Source of the DNA: a virus
Lineage: Duplodnaviria > Caudoviricetes
IMG/VR virus record: IMGVR_UViG_3300034411_000408
Span: 1 to 36,884 of that record
Strand: one strand, 5' to 3'
DNA: 36,884 bases
Below, piece after piece: positions 9,453 through 19,223 of the stretch (positions within the stretch are counted from its first letter, which is position 1; every line of letters starts with the position of its first letter). The notes under the pieces were generated by a model. That model saw nothing but the letters and a program-made list of their open reading frames with translations, did no database searches and was not told the DNA's origin. A program made the translations under genes and the position numbers.

Positions 9453-9462
9453 GGAATAACTG

Positions 9463-10722
9463 ATGGCTGACACGTTCAACAATGATTTGCGCGTCCGCGA
9501 GCAAGAAGCTGGCTCCAACAGCGGAACCTGGGGAACGCTGCTAAACGCGACGATTAGTAACCTGGCGTCGGCGTTCGGCCAGGGTAGCGAAGCTATCCCG
9601 AACGCGACTACACACACTATCACGCTCGCTGACGGCGCTGCCGACGAAGCGCGCAGCATGTACCTAAAATGCACCGGCGGTGGTCAGGCATGCACGGTGA
9701 CGCTTGCTCCTAACACGATCAGCAAGGTTTGGATCATCAGCAACGAAACGTCGTACACACTGACGTTTACTCAAGGATCTGGCGCAAACGTGGCTGTTTC
9801 TGCCGGCGCTGTGAAGATGATCGCCACCGACGGCGCGGGCTCTGGTGCAGCGGTTACGGAGGTGCTCAGTGGGCTTAGTATATCTGGCGATCTGACTGCT
9901 TCAGGAAATGTAACAGCGGCAAACTTGAACGCAGATGCAACCGCAGCAAATTATGGCAGTTCTGCAAATCCTGTAATTTTCACAGTCACAGTGGGTTCAA
10001 AAACTGCAGCGCATGCCTATAACGGCGATGGCAGTAGTTCGGGTTACTTCCTGGACGGAATCGAGTCGCCTGCTCTCAGCTTACACGGCGCGGACAGCGT
10101 AACAGCTAACAGCGAATACGTTTATCGCTTCGACCAAGCAGACGGGACGAACAGTGGTCACCCCCTGTTGTTTTATATGGATGCTGCTAAAACGACAGCT
10201 TATACGACGGGTGTGACGACCAACGGAACCCCAGGTAGTGCAGGGGCATACACGCAAATAGCGGTCGATAAAGAAACGCCTAGCGTTCTTTATTACGAAT
10301 GCGGCAGCCACGCTTACATGGGCAATTACGCTTACAACGCAGCTTCGACCAATTTCAATGGCATCAAAATGCCAACGTCCGATGGAACAGCAGGCCAAGC
10401 CCTGGCGACAAATGGAAGTGGCACATTGTCGTTTGCAACGATTGGCGGCGCGTTCAACGACTTTGCCATCAAAACGGCTAATTACACCGCAGTCAGCAAA
10501 GACCAACTCATTGTCAACTCAAGCAGCGCCGTGACGATCACGCTGCCTGCAAGCCCAAGCGCAGGCGATGTGGTTTTTATTAAAAATGCGGGATCGGCAA
10601 CCGTGACCGTGGCTAGAAATGGCTCAAACATAAATTCAACGGCAGACGATGGAGAGCTTGCAGCAGATGCTGGAGCGTCTTTGGTTTACGTTGATGCAAC
10701 TATCGGATGGGAGGAGCTCTAG
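9463..10722 (+). CDS. Tail fibre protein
   Basis: GSNSGTWG N-terminus; YRFDQADGTNSGHPLLF...LYYECGSHAYMG domain; MPTSDGTAGQALATNGSGTLSF repeat; ITLPASPSAGD C-terminal module; GAGGA RBS. Confidence 0.8.
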   Translation: MADTFNNDLRVREQEAGSNSGTWGTLLNATISNLASAFGQGSEAIPNATTHTITLADGAADEARSMYLKCTGGGQACTVTLAPNTISKVWIISNETSYTLTFTQGSGANVAVSAGAVKMIATDGAGSGAAVTEVLSGLSISGDLTASGNVTAANLNADATAANYGSSANPVIFTVTVGSKTAAHAYNGDGSSSGYFLDGIESPALSLHGADSVTANSEYVYRFDQADGTNSGHPLLFYMDAAKTTAYTTGVTTNGTPGSAGAYTQIAVDKETPSVLYYECGSHAYMGNYAYNAASTNFNGIKMPTSDGTAGQALATNGSGTLSFATIGGAFNDFAIKTANYTAVSKDQLIVNSSSAVTITLPASPSAGDVVFIKNAGSATVTVARNGSNINSTADDGELAADAGASLVYVDATIGWEEL

Positions 10723-11943
10723 ATGGCGATTCAACTAGGTGGCGGCAGCGCTGGTGCTGAGATTAATGAGTACCGATTTTTTCCCGATAGAGGAAATCTG
10801 TGGACGGGCGACAACGGCTTTGTTTGGCTAAAAAAGGGCGCTCGAACCTTTGATACAACAACTTATCCAGATGCTTACGCCGCCGGCAATGCGGTCTGTA
10901 AAAGCACGGATTATCAAGCGGCGGCTTCGAGTGGCGGCTCAAGCCCCGGCGGTTTAGGCGTCAGTTCAGATGGGGCGTGGGCCCTTAACTTCCAGACGAG
11001 TTATAGCCCATTCTTTTATCAGACGAATATAGCAACAGATACCGTAAATGCTGGGAACACTTACTGGCCTGGAACTAACAGCGGTTATTATTACATTTGC
11101 GGGACAGGTTACATCAAGTGCAATGGTAGTAGTCCGCAATCCTCCATCGTAAACGCAAATGACTATTTTGCCGCTGCGCTAATCACCTACAACAACAGCG
11201 ATTTGAAAGTTTATTCGTCTTCTCTAGTCGGCGGCTCAGGCACAGACGCTGGGAAGCCTAATAGCAATCAAGGGAGTTGGTCGCCAAAGGATTCCAGCGG
11301 CACGCTTTTAAGTGCTTCGCCTTATTCTTATCACGACCCAAGTCAGCCTTCGTGCATGCACTGGGATGCTGTGAATCGACGCCTGTATTTGATGTTTGCT
11401 TACTCAAATGCCAAATGCCATCTGTTTGTGTATTACCTGAGCGGGTCAAACTGGGGCAACACTGCTTTTAACGTTTCAGGAAATGATGATCGCGCAAATG
11501 TAGTGATCGATTGGCAGTCACAGTCGAGCAGCGGGACAGACGCCGCTTATCAATTTGAGTCGATGTCTGGTGACTCGACGCATCTTTACGTTTCCTACTT
11601 TACCCTCGCAACCAATGCTGGCGGCGGCCGTGATGTTAAAATTCGCAAAATACCGCTTTCAGGAAATCTCAGTTGGGCTAGTGGAACTGATTTAACTGGT
11701 TTAGTGGCTGTGTCAGGTTCCTATGGTCAAAGTATTTTAGTCCAAAATTCTAACGGCACTTTCAGCGTGGAAACGTTGGAGGAAGGGGCACGCTATTACA
11801 GAACCGTCAACTCTGTCCCCAAGTTTTTAGGGCACGGCAACGGCACCAACGCTTTGCGTGAGTTTGCTATCAACGTTGCTACCATTGGTGAAGATACACC
11901 TGATTCCCGTGCCGCTCAAACGCAATACCAGAGGATAAAATGA
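10723..11943 (+). CDS. Putative receptor-binding / distal fibre protein
   Basis: Ser/Gly/Tyr/Asn-rich, beta-rich-looking, visibly more AT-rich; lies between fibre and chaperone. Confidence 0.65.
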   Translation: MAIQLGGGSAGAEINEYRFFPDRGNLWTGDNGFVWLKKGARTFDTTTYPDAYAAGNAVCKSTDYQAAASSGGSSPGGLGVSSDGAWALNFQTSYSPFFYQTNIATDTVNAGNTYWPGTNSGYYYICGTGYIKCNGSSPQSSIVNANDYFAAALITYNNSDLKVYSSSLVGGSGTDAGKPNSNQGSWSPKDSSGTLLSASPYSYHDPSQPSCMHWDAVNRRLYLMFAYSNAKCHLFVYYLSGSNWGNTAFNVSGNDDRANVVIDWQSQSSSGTDAAYQFESMSGDSTHLYVSYFTLATNAGGGRDVKIRKIPLSGNLSWASGTDLTGLVAVSGSYGQSILVQNSNGTFSVETLEEGARYYRTVNSVPKFLGHGNGTNALREFAINVATIGEDTPDSRAAQTQYQRIK

Positions 11944-12140
11944 TGGTTGGAATGACAGTTTTAAACCCTGAACAAGCGGCTCGAAAATGGCGCGATGAAG
12001 AACTATTGCGCACAGACGTTGCCGCGACTGTTTCTGATTTTCCGAACGCAGAGGCAGTGATCGCCTATAGGCAGCTGCTGAGAGATTGGCCTGCTTCTGA
12101 GCAGTGGCCCCACGAGCGACCGACGATGGTAACTGAATGA
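11940..12140 (+). CDS. Tail fibre assembly chaperone-like protein
   Basis: ARKWRDEELLRTD...YRQLLRDWP...WP..RP motif. Confidence 0.8.
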   Translation: MMVGMTVLNPEQAARKWRDEELLRTDVAATVSDFPNAEAVIAYRQLLRDWPASEQWPHERPTMVTE

Positions 12141-12358
12141 TGACGGACGAAATCATCACCATCGGGGAAACCGACTTTAACTTCTCTGACCTGCAGCCCG
12201 AGGCGCAAATTATCGTGCAGCGCGTCCGCATGCTGAGAGATCAGCAGCAACAGCTGCAGATTCAGCTGATCGAAAGCGAGCGCACCATCAACGCCTGGGC
12301 GGAAGATTTGCACGAGTTAGTGCATGCAGTGGAAGACGGCGAGGAAGATTCCGCCTGA
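12137..12358 (+). CDS. Small coiled-coil hypothetical protein
   Basis: ITIGETDFNFSDL start, Gln-rich coil; overlapping start/stop. Confidence 0.7.
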   Translation: MMTDEIITIGETDFNFSDLQPEAQIIVQRVRMLRDQQQQLQIQLIESERTINAWAEDLHELVHAVEDGEEDSA

Positions 12359-12564
12359 TGGCTGTCACGCAGAAAGAGCTTGCGCAAAAAGCGCTGGCTG
12401 AGATCGAGGCGCACGAACGCGAGTGCCTGGTTCGCTTTCAGAACATTGAGCGCCGGCTCGACAGTGGTGCAAAGAATTTTGAAAAACTTGAGCGACTGAT
12501 TTTTGGCTTGTACGCAATCGTTCTTGGTTCGGTGTTGTTGCCGATTTTATTAAAAATGGGGTAA
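12358..12564 (+). CDS. Small protein with C-terminal transmembrane helix
   Basis: HERECLVRFQNIERRL coil followed by a hydrophobic tail. Confidence 0.7.
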   Translation: MAVTQKELAQKALAEIEAHERECLVRFQNIERRLDSGAKNFEKLERLIFGLYAIVLGSVLLPILLKMG

Positions 12565-12600
12565 GCCGCCATCGTTATTGAATCTGTTGCAGCCGCTGGC

Positions 12601-13038
12601 ATGTTGCTCCAGCAGATTAATACGGTTATTCAAAACGTAAATGAGGGTAAGGCTAACGTCGATCAGGCTATGGCCTTGGTGTCCGACTTCGGCGAGGCGC
12701 TTAACGTCTTTGAGGTTGACCGCAAGTCTTCGACGTTCAGCCCTCTAAGTAAGAACGACATCTTGAAGCTGCAAATGCTTCGTAGGTCGCAGGAGCGTTA
12801 TCAAAAAGATTTGCGTGATCTCCTATTGGTGGCAGATCCAGCCCTTTTGAAAAATTATGACGAAGCGATTTTTCAACAAGAAAAAGACAGAAAGGCTCAC
12901 CAAGCTATGTTGAACAGAAAGCGTAAGCAGCGTGAACAATTGATAAACAGCATCCTTGTTGGTGGAGTTTCTTTAGTGATTGGTGGCGGCGTGTCCGTCG
13001 GTTTGCTGTATCTCGTCGTCAAAGCATTCGGGCCATAG
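12601..13038 (+). CDS. Membrane-anchored hypothetical protein (start possibly upstream at ATC 12571)
   Basis: Coiled coil plus C-terminal TM segment; frame open from 12565. Confidence 0.7.
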   Translation: MLLQQINTVIQNVNEGKANVDQAMALVSDFGEALNVFEVDRKSSTFSPLSKNDILKLQMLRRSQERYQKDLRDLLLVADPALLKNYDEAIFQQEKDRKAHQAMLNRKRKQREQLINSILVGGVSLVIGGGVSVGLLYLVVKAFGP

Positions 13039-13364
13039 TGATGAGCGAAAAAAGACTGCAAGAAAGCCAATACGACGCCGATGGCGATGGTGTCGTTGAT
13101 GACTCAGAACTGGCGCAAGCGAAGGACATGCAGATGCTGACCGTTACGCGCGAGAAAGCAGACGCACAGCGCGCAATGGCCTGGTTTGCCCTGTGGGGCA
13201 TGCTGCTCTATCCGACGCTGATCGTGGTCTGCAGCCTAGTCAAGTTGGACGCAGCGGCCCAGATTCTGAGCGAGATCGCATCAGTCTATTTTGTGGCAAT
13301 TGCTGGTTTGGTCGCCGCGTATTTTGGGGCGAGCGCCTGGGTAACTCGAGGTAACGGCAAGTGA
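13038..13364 (+). CDS. Holin-like 2-TM protein with EF-hand-like loop
   Basis: DADGDGVVDDSE loop, two hydrophobic segments, upstream of the endolysin. Confidence 0.55.
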   Translation: MMSEKRLQESQYDADGDGVVDDSELAQAKDMQMLTVTREKADAQRAMAWFALWGMLLYPTLIVVCSLVKLDAAAQILSEIASVYFVAIAGLVAAYFGASAWVTRGNGK

Positions 13365-13738
13365 GCTTGGTAGGGTCTTTGCTGGGTGGTGTGACGGAGA
13401 TCGCCGGCACTTGGATGAAGCAGCGCGGCGATGAAAAGCAGGCGAAGCATGAAGCCAAGATGCAGGTCATTCAAAACGGCGCTGAGTGGGAAGCCAAGAT
13501 GGCCGACGCAAGCGCATCGTCGTGGAAAGACGAATTCTGGACTCTAGTGTTAGCGATCCCAATTTTTATGATCGGCTACGCGATTGCGATGGACGACACC
13601 GCTGTTATTGATCGCGTAGCGCTGGGTTTTGAGGCGTTAAACGCCTTGCCCGAGTGGTATCAGTACCTGTTGTTCTTGGCAGTTAGCGCCAGTTTTGGCA
13701 TTCGCGGAGCAGACAAATTGATGAAGTTAAGAAAATGA
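13361..13738 (+). CDS. Holin-like membrane protein
   Basis: SSWKDEFWTLVLAIP...LPEWYQYLLFLAVSASFGIR; overlaps the endolysin start. Confidence 0.6.
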   Translation: MSLVGSLLGGVTEIAGTWMKQRGDEKQAKHEAKMQVIQNGAEWEAKMADASASSWKDEFWTLVLAIPIFMIGYAIAMDDTAVIDRVALGFEALNALPEWYQYLLFLAVSASFGIRGADKLMKLRK

Positions 13739-14169
13739 GCGAGCGACTGATCAAAATGTTGAAGCGGCACGAAGGCGTAAAGAGCCATGCGTACCGATGC
13801 AGTGCCGGCAAAGTCACTGTCGGTGTTGGTCGAAACATCGATGAGGATGGCGGTATTGGCTTGAGCGACTCTGAGATCGACATGCTGCTCACAAACGACA
13901 TCAAGCGCGTCGAGCAAGAGCTCACTGATCGATTTAGCTGGTACAGCCGTCTCGACAGCGTGCGGCGTGAAGCGTTAATCGACATCGCTTTCAATCTCGG
14001 CTTGACCAGACTGCTGACCTTCAAAAAAGCGCTGGCTGCGATGGAGTCGGGCGATTATTTCTGGGCGAGCACTGAATTCAACGCGAGCCGTTGGGCTGAG
14101 CAGGTTGGCTACCGAGCCGACGAGCTTTGCGACATGATCGAAACGGGAGAATATCGTGTCTTTGCTTAA
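13735..14169 (+). CDS. Endolysin, T4-lysozyme-like (GH24)
   Basis: LKRHEG...YRCSAGKVTVGVGRN...FNLG...F.K...SRWAEQVGYRA. Confidence 0.9.
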   Translation: MSERLIKMLKRHEGVKSHAYRCSAGKVTVGVGRNIDEDGGIGLSDSEIDMLLTNDIKRVEQELTDRFSWYSRLDSVRREALIDIAFNLGLTRLLTFKKALAAMESGDYFWASTEFNASRWAEQVGYRADELCDMIETGEYRVFA

Positions 14170-15634
14170 CATCGCACCGCCGCCAGGCGTAGTAAAAAAC
14201 GGCACAGATCTACAGCAGGCCAACACCTGGTCGGACGCTAACCTAGTGCGTTGGTACGAGGGTGCGCTGCAGCCCGTAGGCGGTTGGCGAGCTCGCACGA
14301 CGACGGCGATGACGGGTGTATGCCGCGCGTTGATCGCCTACCTCGACAACAGCCGCAATCGGCGCACGGTAGCGGGCACGCACACAAATTTATACTTCAT
14401 CGGCGAAGGCAACACCGTTGTGGACATCACGCCAGCTGGCTTCACGGCTGGTAGCGCAGACGCGACGCAAAACCTGGGGTATGGCGGCTTGAGTTGGGGC
14501 GCTTACACTTGGAACACGCCACGACCAGACACTGGCGCTTACACGCCAGCGACAACCTGGTCGCTCGACACGTTCGGCGAATACGTTATCGCGTCAGCGA
14601 CCAGCGACGGCAAAATCTATCAGTGGGCTAACAGCACCGCGTCGGCAGCGGCGCTGTTGAGCAACGCGCCGGTCGATAACAACGCCATTGTCGTTAGCCC
14701 AGAGCGGTTTGTGTTTGCGCTAGGCGCTGGCGGCGTAAGCAACAAAGTGGCTTTCTCTGATCAAGAGCAATCAAACGTGTGGGCTCCGGCTGCGACGAAC
14801 CAGGCAGGCAGTTTCACCCTAGCAACCGACGGCACGCTTTTGGCTGGCAAGCGGATGCGCGGCGAGACGCTTCTGCTGACAGACATCGACGCACACACCG
14901 CGCGCTATCAGGGCCCGCCTTTTGTTTACGGTTTTCAGCAAGTCGGCACCGCGTGCGGGGTCATCAGCGCAAACGCCTGCGCGACTGCTAACGGTGCGGC
15001 CTATTGGATGGGTAACAACGGATTCTTCGTCTACAACGGGTCGGTGCAAACCCTGCGCAGTAGCGTTGGCGATTTCATTTTTGAAAACCTCAACATGTCG
15101 CAGCGCTCCAAGGTTTTTGCAGTGCAAAACAGCAACTTCAGCGAAATCATTTGGTTCTACCCGAGCTCTGGGTCAACCGAAAACGACAGCTACGTTAGTT
15201 ACAACTACATGGAAAATCACTGGCAGATTGGCACCCTAGCGCGCACCGCTGGTGTCGATGTCGGTGCGTTTGTTTTCCCCAACTACGTCAGCCCAGACAG
15301 CTATATTTACGAGCACGAAGCCGGCTACACATACGATGTTGGCAGCGCTGTCTTCGCGCAAACAGGCCCGCTGCAGCTGGGCAACGGCGATCGCATGATG
15401 GTCGCGACGTCGTTAATACCTGACGAGAAAACGCAGGGCGACGTAACTGCAACATTCAAGACTAGGTTCTATCCCAACGCAGCTGAGAGCTCGTTTGGCC
15501 CGTTCGACATGGCTAACCCGACCAGCGTGAGGTTTCAGGGCCGACAGGTGCAGATGCGCGTGACGGGCAACACGTTCAGCAGCTGGCGAGTGGGCAACAT
15601 GCGCTTGGATGTGAAAGAGGGGAGCAGACGATGA
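14156..15634 (+). CDS. Tail nozzle / tubular protein B (P22 gp10-like DNA stabilisation protein)
   Basis: 492 aa beta-propeller-like; WSLDTFGE, FSDQE...W, EIIWFYPS...NDSYVSYNY; synteny. Confidence 0.75.
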   Translation: MSLLNIAPPPGVVKNGTDLQQANTWSDANLVRWYEGALQPVGGWRARTTTAMTGVCRALIAYLDNSRNRRTVAGTHTNLYFIGEGNTVVDITPAGFTAGSADATQNLGYGGLSWGAYTWNTPRPDTGAYTPATTWSLDTFGEYVIASATSDGKIYQWANSTASAAALLSNAPVDNNAIVVSPERFVFALGAGGVSNKVAFSDQEQSNVWAPAATNQAGSFTLATDGTLLAGKRMRGETLLLTDIDAHTARYQGPPFVYGFQQVGTACGVISANACATANGAAYWMGNNGFFVYNGSVQTLRSSVGDFIFENLNMSQRSKVFAVQNSNFSEIIWFYPSSGSTENDSYVSYNYMENHWQIGTLARTAGVDVGAFVFPNYVSPDSYIYEHEAGYTYDVGSAVFAQTGPLQLGNGDRMMVATSLIPDEKTQGDVTATFKTRFYPNAAESSFGPFDMANPTSVRFQGRQVQMRVTGNTFSSWRVGNMRLDVKEGSRR

Positions 15635-15837
15635 TTTTGCCGGAAGCACAGCGCAACTACGATTTCGTGCAGGAAAACCAGCGCAACAATTTGATTGAGC
15701 AGGCCGACAACCTGAACCGCAAAAAGAACCAGGACATTGAGCTTCGTGGCGAGCGGCTGATCTTGCAGAGCCCAAACGGCACCAGGTTCAGCATAACTGT
15801 TGCTGACAACGGCACTGTGTCGGCGGTGTCGCTATGA
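15631..15837 (+). CDS. Small virion protein
   Basis: LILQSPNGTRFSITVADNG motif; coupled. Confidence 0.7.
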   Translation: MILPEAQRNYDFVQENQRNNLIEQADNLNRKKNQDIELRGERLILQSPNGTRFSITVADNGTVSAVSL

Positions 15838-16217
15838 GCGAGGCGGTCGTGCATACAGCGGAAGACGTGGTCGGCCCATATCGCGAGCTCATTGAAATGG
15901 CGCTTGCTCGAGCCGGCGGGACGCACACATACGAGGACGTTCTGCAGTCGATCAGCGTCGGTGAGATGTTTTTTTGGCCTGCTAGCAAAAGCTGTTTGGT
16001 CACGGAAATCGTGCAATACCCGCGTTTGCGTGCTCTGCATGTTTTCCTAGCGGCGGGCGATCTCGATGAGATAAAAGGTATGGAAAGCAGCCTTATCGAC
16101 TTCGCGACAAGCCTCAAATGCTCAGCACTCAGCATGAGCGGGCGCAAGGGCTGGACGAGGGCGCTGAAGGAAATTGGTTGGGAAGAATCCCACGTAACAT
16201 TGGTGAAAAAATTATGA
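15834..16217 (+). CDS. GNAT-fold-like protein preceding the ejection genes
   Basis: VTEIVQYPR...LHVFLAAG...GRKGWTRAL; position equivalent to T7 gp13. Confidence 0.6.
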   Translation: MSEAVVHTAEDVVGPYRELIEMALARAGGTHTYEDVLQSISVGEMFFWPASKSCLVTEIVQYPRLRALHVFLAAGDLDEIKGMESSLIDFATSLKCSALSMSGRKGWTRALKEIGWEESHVTLVKKL

Positions 16218-17233
16218 GCAAAGACAGTCTCAACCAAGGCGGCAGACGTCTGACCCTAGAGGATTTGATGAGCATCAATCCTGACCTGGCCAACGTCGGC
16301 GCTGGAACTGCACCGCCGGCGGCGACTGAAGAGCCCGCGACGATCAGAACGACAACGCCGGAGGCCATCGAAAGTTTTTACGGTTCTGGCGACCGCATCG
16401 TGCAGCCCGATCAATCTTACTATCAGGATTTTGCGCTGCCTGGCGTGCAAATGGAGCGGCCAAACCCCGATGCGCCGGTGACGAGTGATCCTGTGGCCAC
16501 GCAGCCAGCAGACACATCGTCTCAAGACAGCGGCTTTGACGCTGGCATTGGCGGCGAAAGCGGCGCGTACATCCCAAGCAATGGGTACGTCCCTGATGGT
16601 TTGGCCGAGGCATATGAAATTGCCAACAGGCAGTCAGTGAGCCAGCGCAGGCGTAGTTCTGCGCAAGACATGATTGCCGCCTACCAAGCAAATCGCCGGT
16701 CAATGCCAATTGAAGGGGGAACTGGTAATCAGGCTTTTGGTGGTCTATTTAGCGGCGAGACAACTGGGAATGCTAATCAACGCACTCGCGATGAGATGCA
16801 AGCGGCGCAGGATGCTCGCGCAAACGGCCTACCTGCCGCGGTGTCTCGCGATGAGATGCAAGCTAGATACGAAGCCAATATGGCCAGGCGCGCGGCAATG
16901 GGCATCGATAATTCGCCTCGCAGTGGATTTTTTACCAGCGGCTTTATGCCGGGCGACCCTGGGTACGAGGAGGCGTTAGCAGCTGCTCCACCGGCTGCAG
17001 GCGGTCTGTTCAGTGGCAGAACGAATATGTCGCCAGAGCAAATTGCTCAATTAAAAGCGGCGCAGGCCGCGCGCAGAAACGGCGGCGGATCAGGAGGGTT
17101 GCTTGGTTTCGCCGGGCAGCCTAGCGAAGAGGATCTGCAGTTTTCAGCGTCAATGCCGATTCTCGACGCGGCTGACGGGCAATATCAGCCCGATATGCGC
17201 GCGTACATGAACTACTTAGGAGGCATGCGCTAA
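16214..17233 (+). CDS. Putative internal virion protein (low complexity)
   Basis: ATG at 16214 overlaps the upstream stop (preferred over 16118); Ala/Gly/Pro-rich; repeated RDEMQA and GGLFSG. Confidence 0.65.
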   Translation: MSKDSLNQGGRRLTLEDLMSINPDLANVGAGTAPPAATEEPATIRTTTPEAIESFYGSGDRIVQPDQSYYQDFALPGVQMERPNPDAPVTSDPVATQPADTSSQDSGFDAGIGGESGAYIPSNGYVPDGLAEAYEIANRQSVSQRRRSSAQDMIAAYQANRRSMPIEGGTGNQAFGGLFSGETTGNANQRTRDEMQAAQDARANGLPAAVSRDEMQARYEANMARRAAMGIDNSPRSGFFTSGFMPGDPGYEEALAAAPPAAGGLFSGRTNMSPEQIAQLKAAQAARRNGGGSGGLLGFAGQPSEEDLQFSASMPILDAADGQYQPDMRAYMNYLGGMR

Positions 17234-18774
17234 TGAGTTTTGGAAAAAGCAAACAGAGTTCATCTCAAACCTTCGATCCTGAGCTCAAAGGGCTTCTGGT
17301 TGATACGTTCCGCGAAGGCCAGCGTGTCAGCAGAACGCCTTACAGCCCTTATAATTTTGCGACGGTTGCACCGCTTTCGCCTGCGCAGCTGGAAGGCATG
17401 AACATGACCGCTGACACGGCTCGTGCCGGTGTAGGGCAACAGGAAATCAACGACGCCATCGCGACAACTCGCGCTGAGACGGGCTTTCAGGCACCCAGGG
17501 TGACTGCTGGTGCCGCCGTTGGCTCGACCAACGTCTCTGACAATTTTGGCTTCAACCCGATCACCAATCAGCAGGTTCAGGGTCAAGGCGTGACGGCTGA
17601 TCAAGTTGGCCAGACCGGCCCCGTCGGCGTCGGCAACATTGCGAGCCAAGGCGTGACGGCGCAGCAAATTGGTGCCTTGCAGGGTATCCAGCCGCAGTCG
17701 GTTACAGGCCAAACGGTCGGTGCGCAGAGCCTGGCGCAAACGGATCTGACGCCCTACCAAAATCAGTACACCACCGGCGTCGTTGACGCGGCGCTTGGAG
17801 ACTTAGACCGCGCTCGGCAGATGACGCAAAACCAAAATGCTGCCAGAGCAGTGTCCGCTGGTGCATTCGGTGGTGATCGCCAGGCGCTCGTTGAAGCGGA
17901 GACGAACAGAAACTTTGCAGAACAGGCGGCTCGCACGGCGACCAACCTGCGCGCTCAAGGATTCCAAAACGCTCAGCAGCAGGCTCAGGCCGACCTAAAT
18001 AGAGCTCAGCAAGCTGGCACGCAGACTGCGCAATTCGGCCAGCAGGCGTCGCTCGCCAATCAACAGGCTGGCTTAACGGCAGGCGGCCAAAACTTGCAAG
18101 CGGACTTAGCTCGCCAGCAGGCGAACCAAAGCGCAGCGCTTGCAGCCGACAGGGACACTGCGGGCAGAGCGCAGCAGGCGAGCCAGCAGATGGCGCAGAT
18201 GGGGCTTCAAAGCCGGCTCGCAGCCCAAGACGCAAACATGCGTGCGGCGCTTGCGAATCAGCAGGCGAACCTGGCAGCGGGCACCACAACAGCGGCTAAC
18301 ATGATGCGAGCCGACCAATTGAACGCGGCAAACAACCTGGCAGCGCAGCAGGCAACGCAACAAGGCTACATCCAAGCCGCTCAATTTGGTCAGCGCGGCG
18401 AGCTCGCAAATCAAGATGCGGCGATGCGCGCGGCGTTGGCGAATCAAAACGCGCGCATGCAGGCGCAGAGCTTGAATCAAACAGCTGGTTTGCAGGCTTC
18501 GGGTCTGCGCCAGGGCGCTGCCTCCCAGATGGCAAACCTTGGTGGTGACTTACGCGGCACGCAGTTCGCGGACGCGGCGGCGCTGCAAGGCGTTGGAGCT
18601 CAGCAGCAAGCGGTAGCGCAGCAGCTGCTCGATGATCGTTATCGCAGATTCGCAGAGCAGCGAGAGTACCCGTTCCGCATGTTTGACGTCCTCAGAAGTG
18701 GTGCTGGCTTGTTGCCTAACCCGCTGACGAGCTCGAGCTCAGGACGCAGCACAAACATAGGCTTACCAGGATAA
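17233..18774 (+). CDS. Putative DNA ejection/pilot protein with ANQ repeats
   Basis: PYQNQYTTGVVD, AGAFGGDR motifs; Gln/Ala-rich helices. Confidence 0.75.
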   Translation: MSFGKSKQSSSQTFDPELKGLLVDTFREGQRVSRTPYSPYNFATVAPLSPAQLEGMNMTADTARAGVGQQEINDAIATTRAETGFQAPRVTAGAAVGSTNVSDNFGFNPITNQQVQGQGVTADQVGQTGPVGVGNIASQGVTAQQIGALQGIQPQSVTGQTVGAQSLAQTDLTPYQNQYTTGVVDAALGDLDRARQMTQNQNAARAVSAGAFGGDRQALVEAETNRNFAEQAARTATNLRAQGFQNAQQQAQADLNRAQQAGTQTAQFGQQASLANQQAGLTAGGQNLQADLARQQANQSAALAADRDTAGRAQQASQQMAQMGLQSRLAAQDANMRAALANQQANLAAGTTTAANMMRADQLNAANNLAAQQATQQGYIQAAQFGQRGELANQDAAMRAALANQNARMQAQSLNQTAGLQASGLRQGAASQMANLGGDLRGTQFADAAALQGVGAQQQAVAQQLLDDRYRRFAEQREYPFRMFDVLRSGAGLLPNPLTSSSSGRSTNIGLPG

Positions 18775-18779
18775 CGGCA

Positions 18780-19223
18780 ATGTTTAGCAAAATGATGGCA
18801 ACGATGGCAGGAAAAGTAGGCGCGCCTATGGGGCTTCTTACTAACCAAGACGACATCGAAAAACTTCCAGCGCCAGATGACAAGACAATGCGCGAGTTGC
18901 TCGGCGACAGCTTCAATAGCACTCGCGAAGGCTTCGACAAGGTTGGCGAGGCGTTTAGCAATCCTGGCGCTTACGCGATGCAGACAGTGCAGCCAAGCAT
19001 CGATGCGGTTAGAGGGCTTGTTCAAGATCCAGCGAAATATGCAAGTGATCGGCTTGCGTCAGCGTTAGATGGCGAAACAGATGCCGACGAAAAGCGTTTC
19101 CAACAGCGCATGGCAAATATGCGTGCATTCCAAGCGGCTGGACAATCTGAATTTGATGCGATGAATCAGTCAGTGCAACTGCCTACGGGCTACTTTAACA
19201 GCGCACAACGAGGGCTAATCTAA
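18780..19223 (+). CDS. Putative internal virion protein
   Basis: Operon position; GLL/GLI motifs. Confidence 0.6.
   Translation: MFSKMMATMAGKVGAPMGLLTNQDDIEKLPAPDDKTMRELLGDSFNSTREGFDKVGEAFSNPGAYAMQTVQPSIDAVRGLVQDPAKYASDRLASALDGETDADEKRFQQRMANMRAFQAAGQSEFDAMNQSVQLPTGYFNSAQRGLI

Noticed and set aside
8914-9459. 181-aa overlapping +1-frame ORF
   Set aside because: Its Leu/Arg/Gln composition is what shifted Ala/Ser/Thr codons give; no clear RBS or recognisable motif.
10720-10725. In-frame TAG-ATG junction (also TAA-TTG at 802-807) suggesting readthrough or recoding
   Set aside because: Both downstream genes have their own purine-rich RBS; TAG ends several genes normally; no suppressor tRNA seen.
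16785-16863. 19-bp direct repeat CTCGCGATGAGATGCAAGC, 60 bp apart
   Set aside because: In-frame internal duplication (RDEMQA) in a low-complexity protein.
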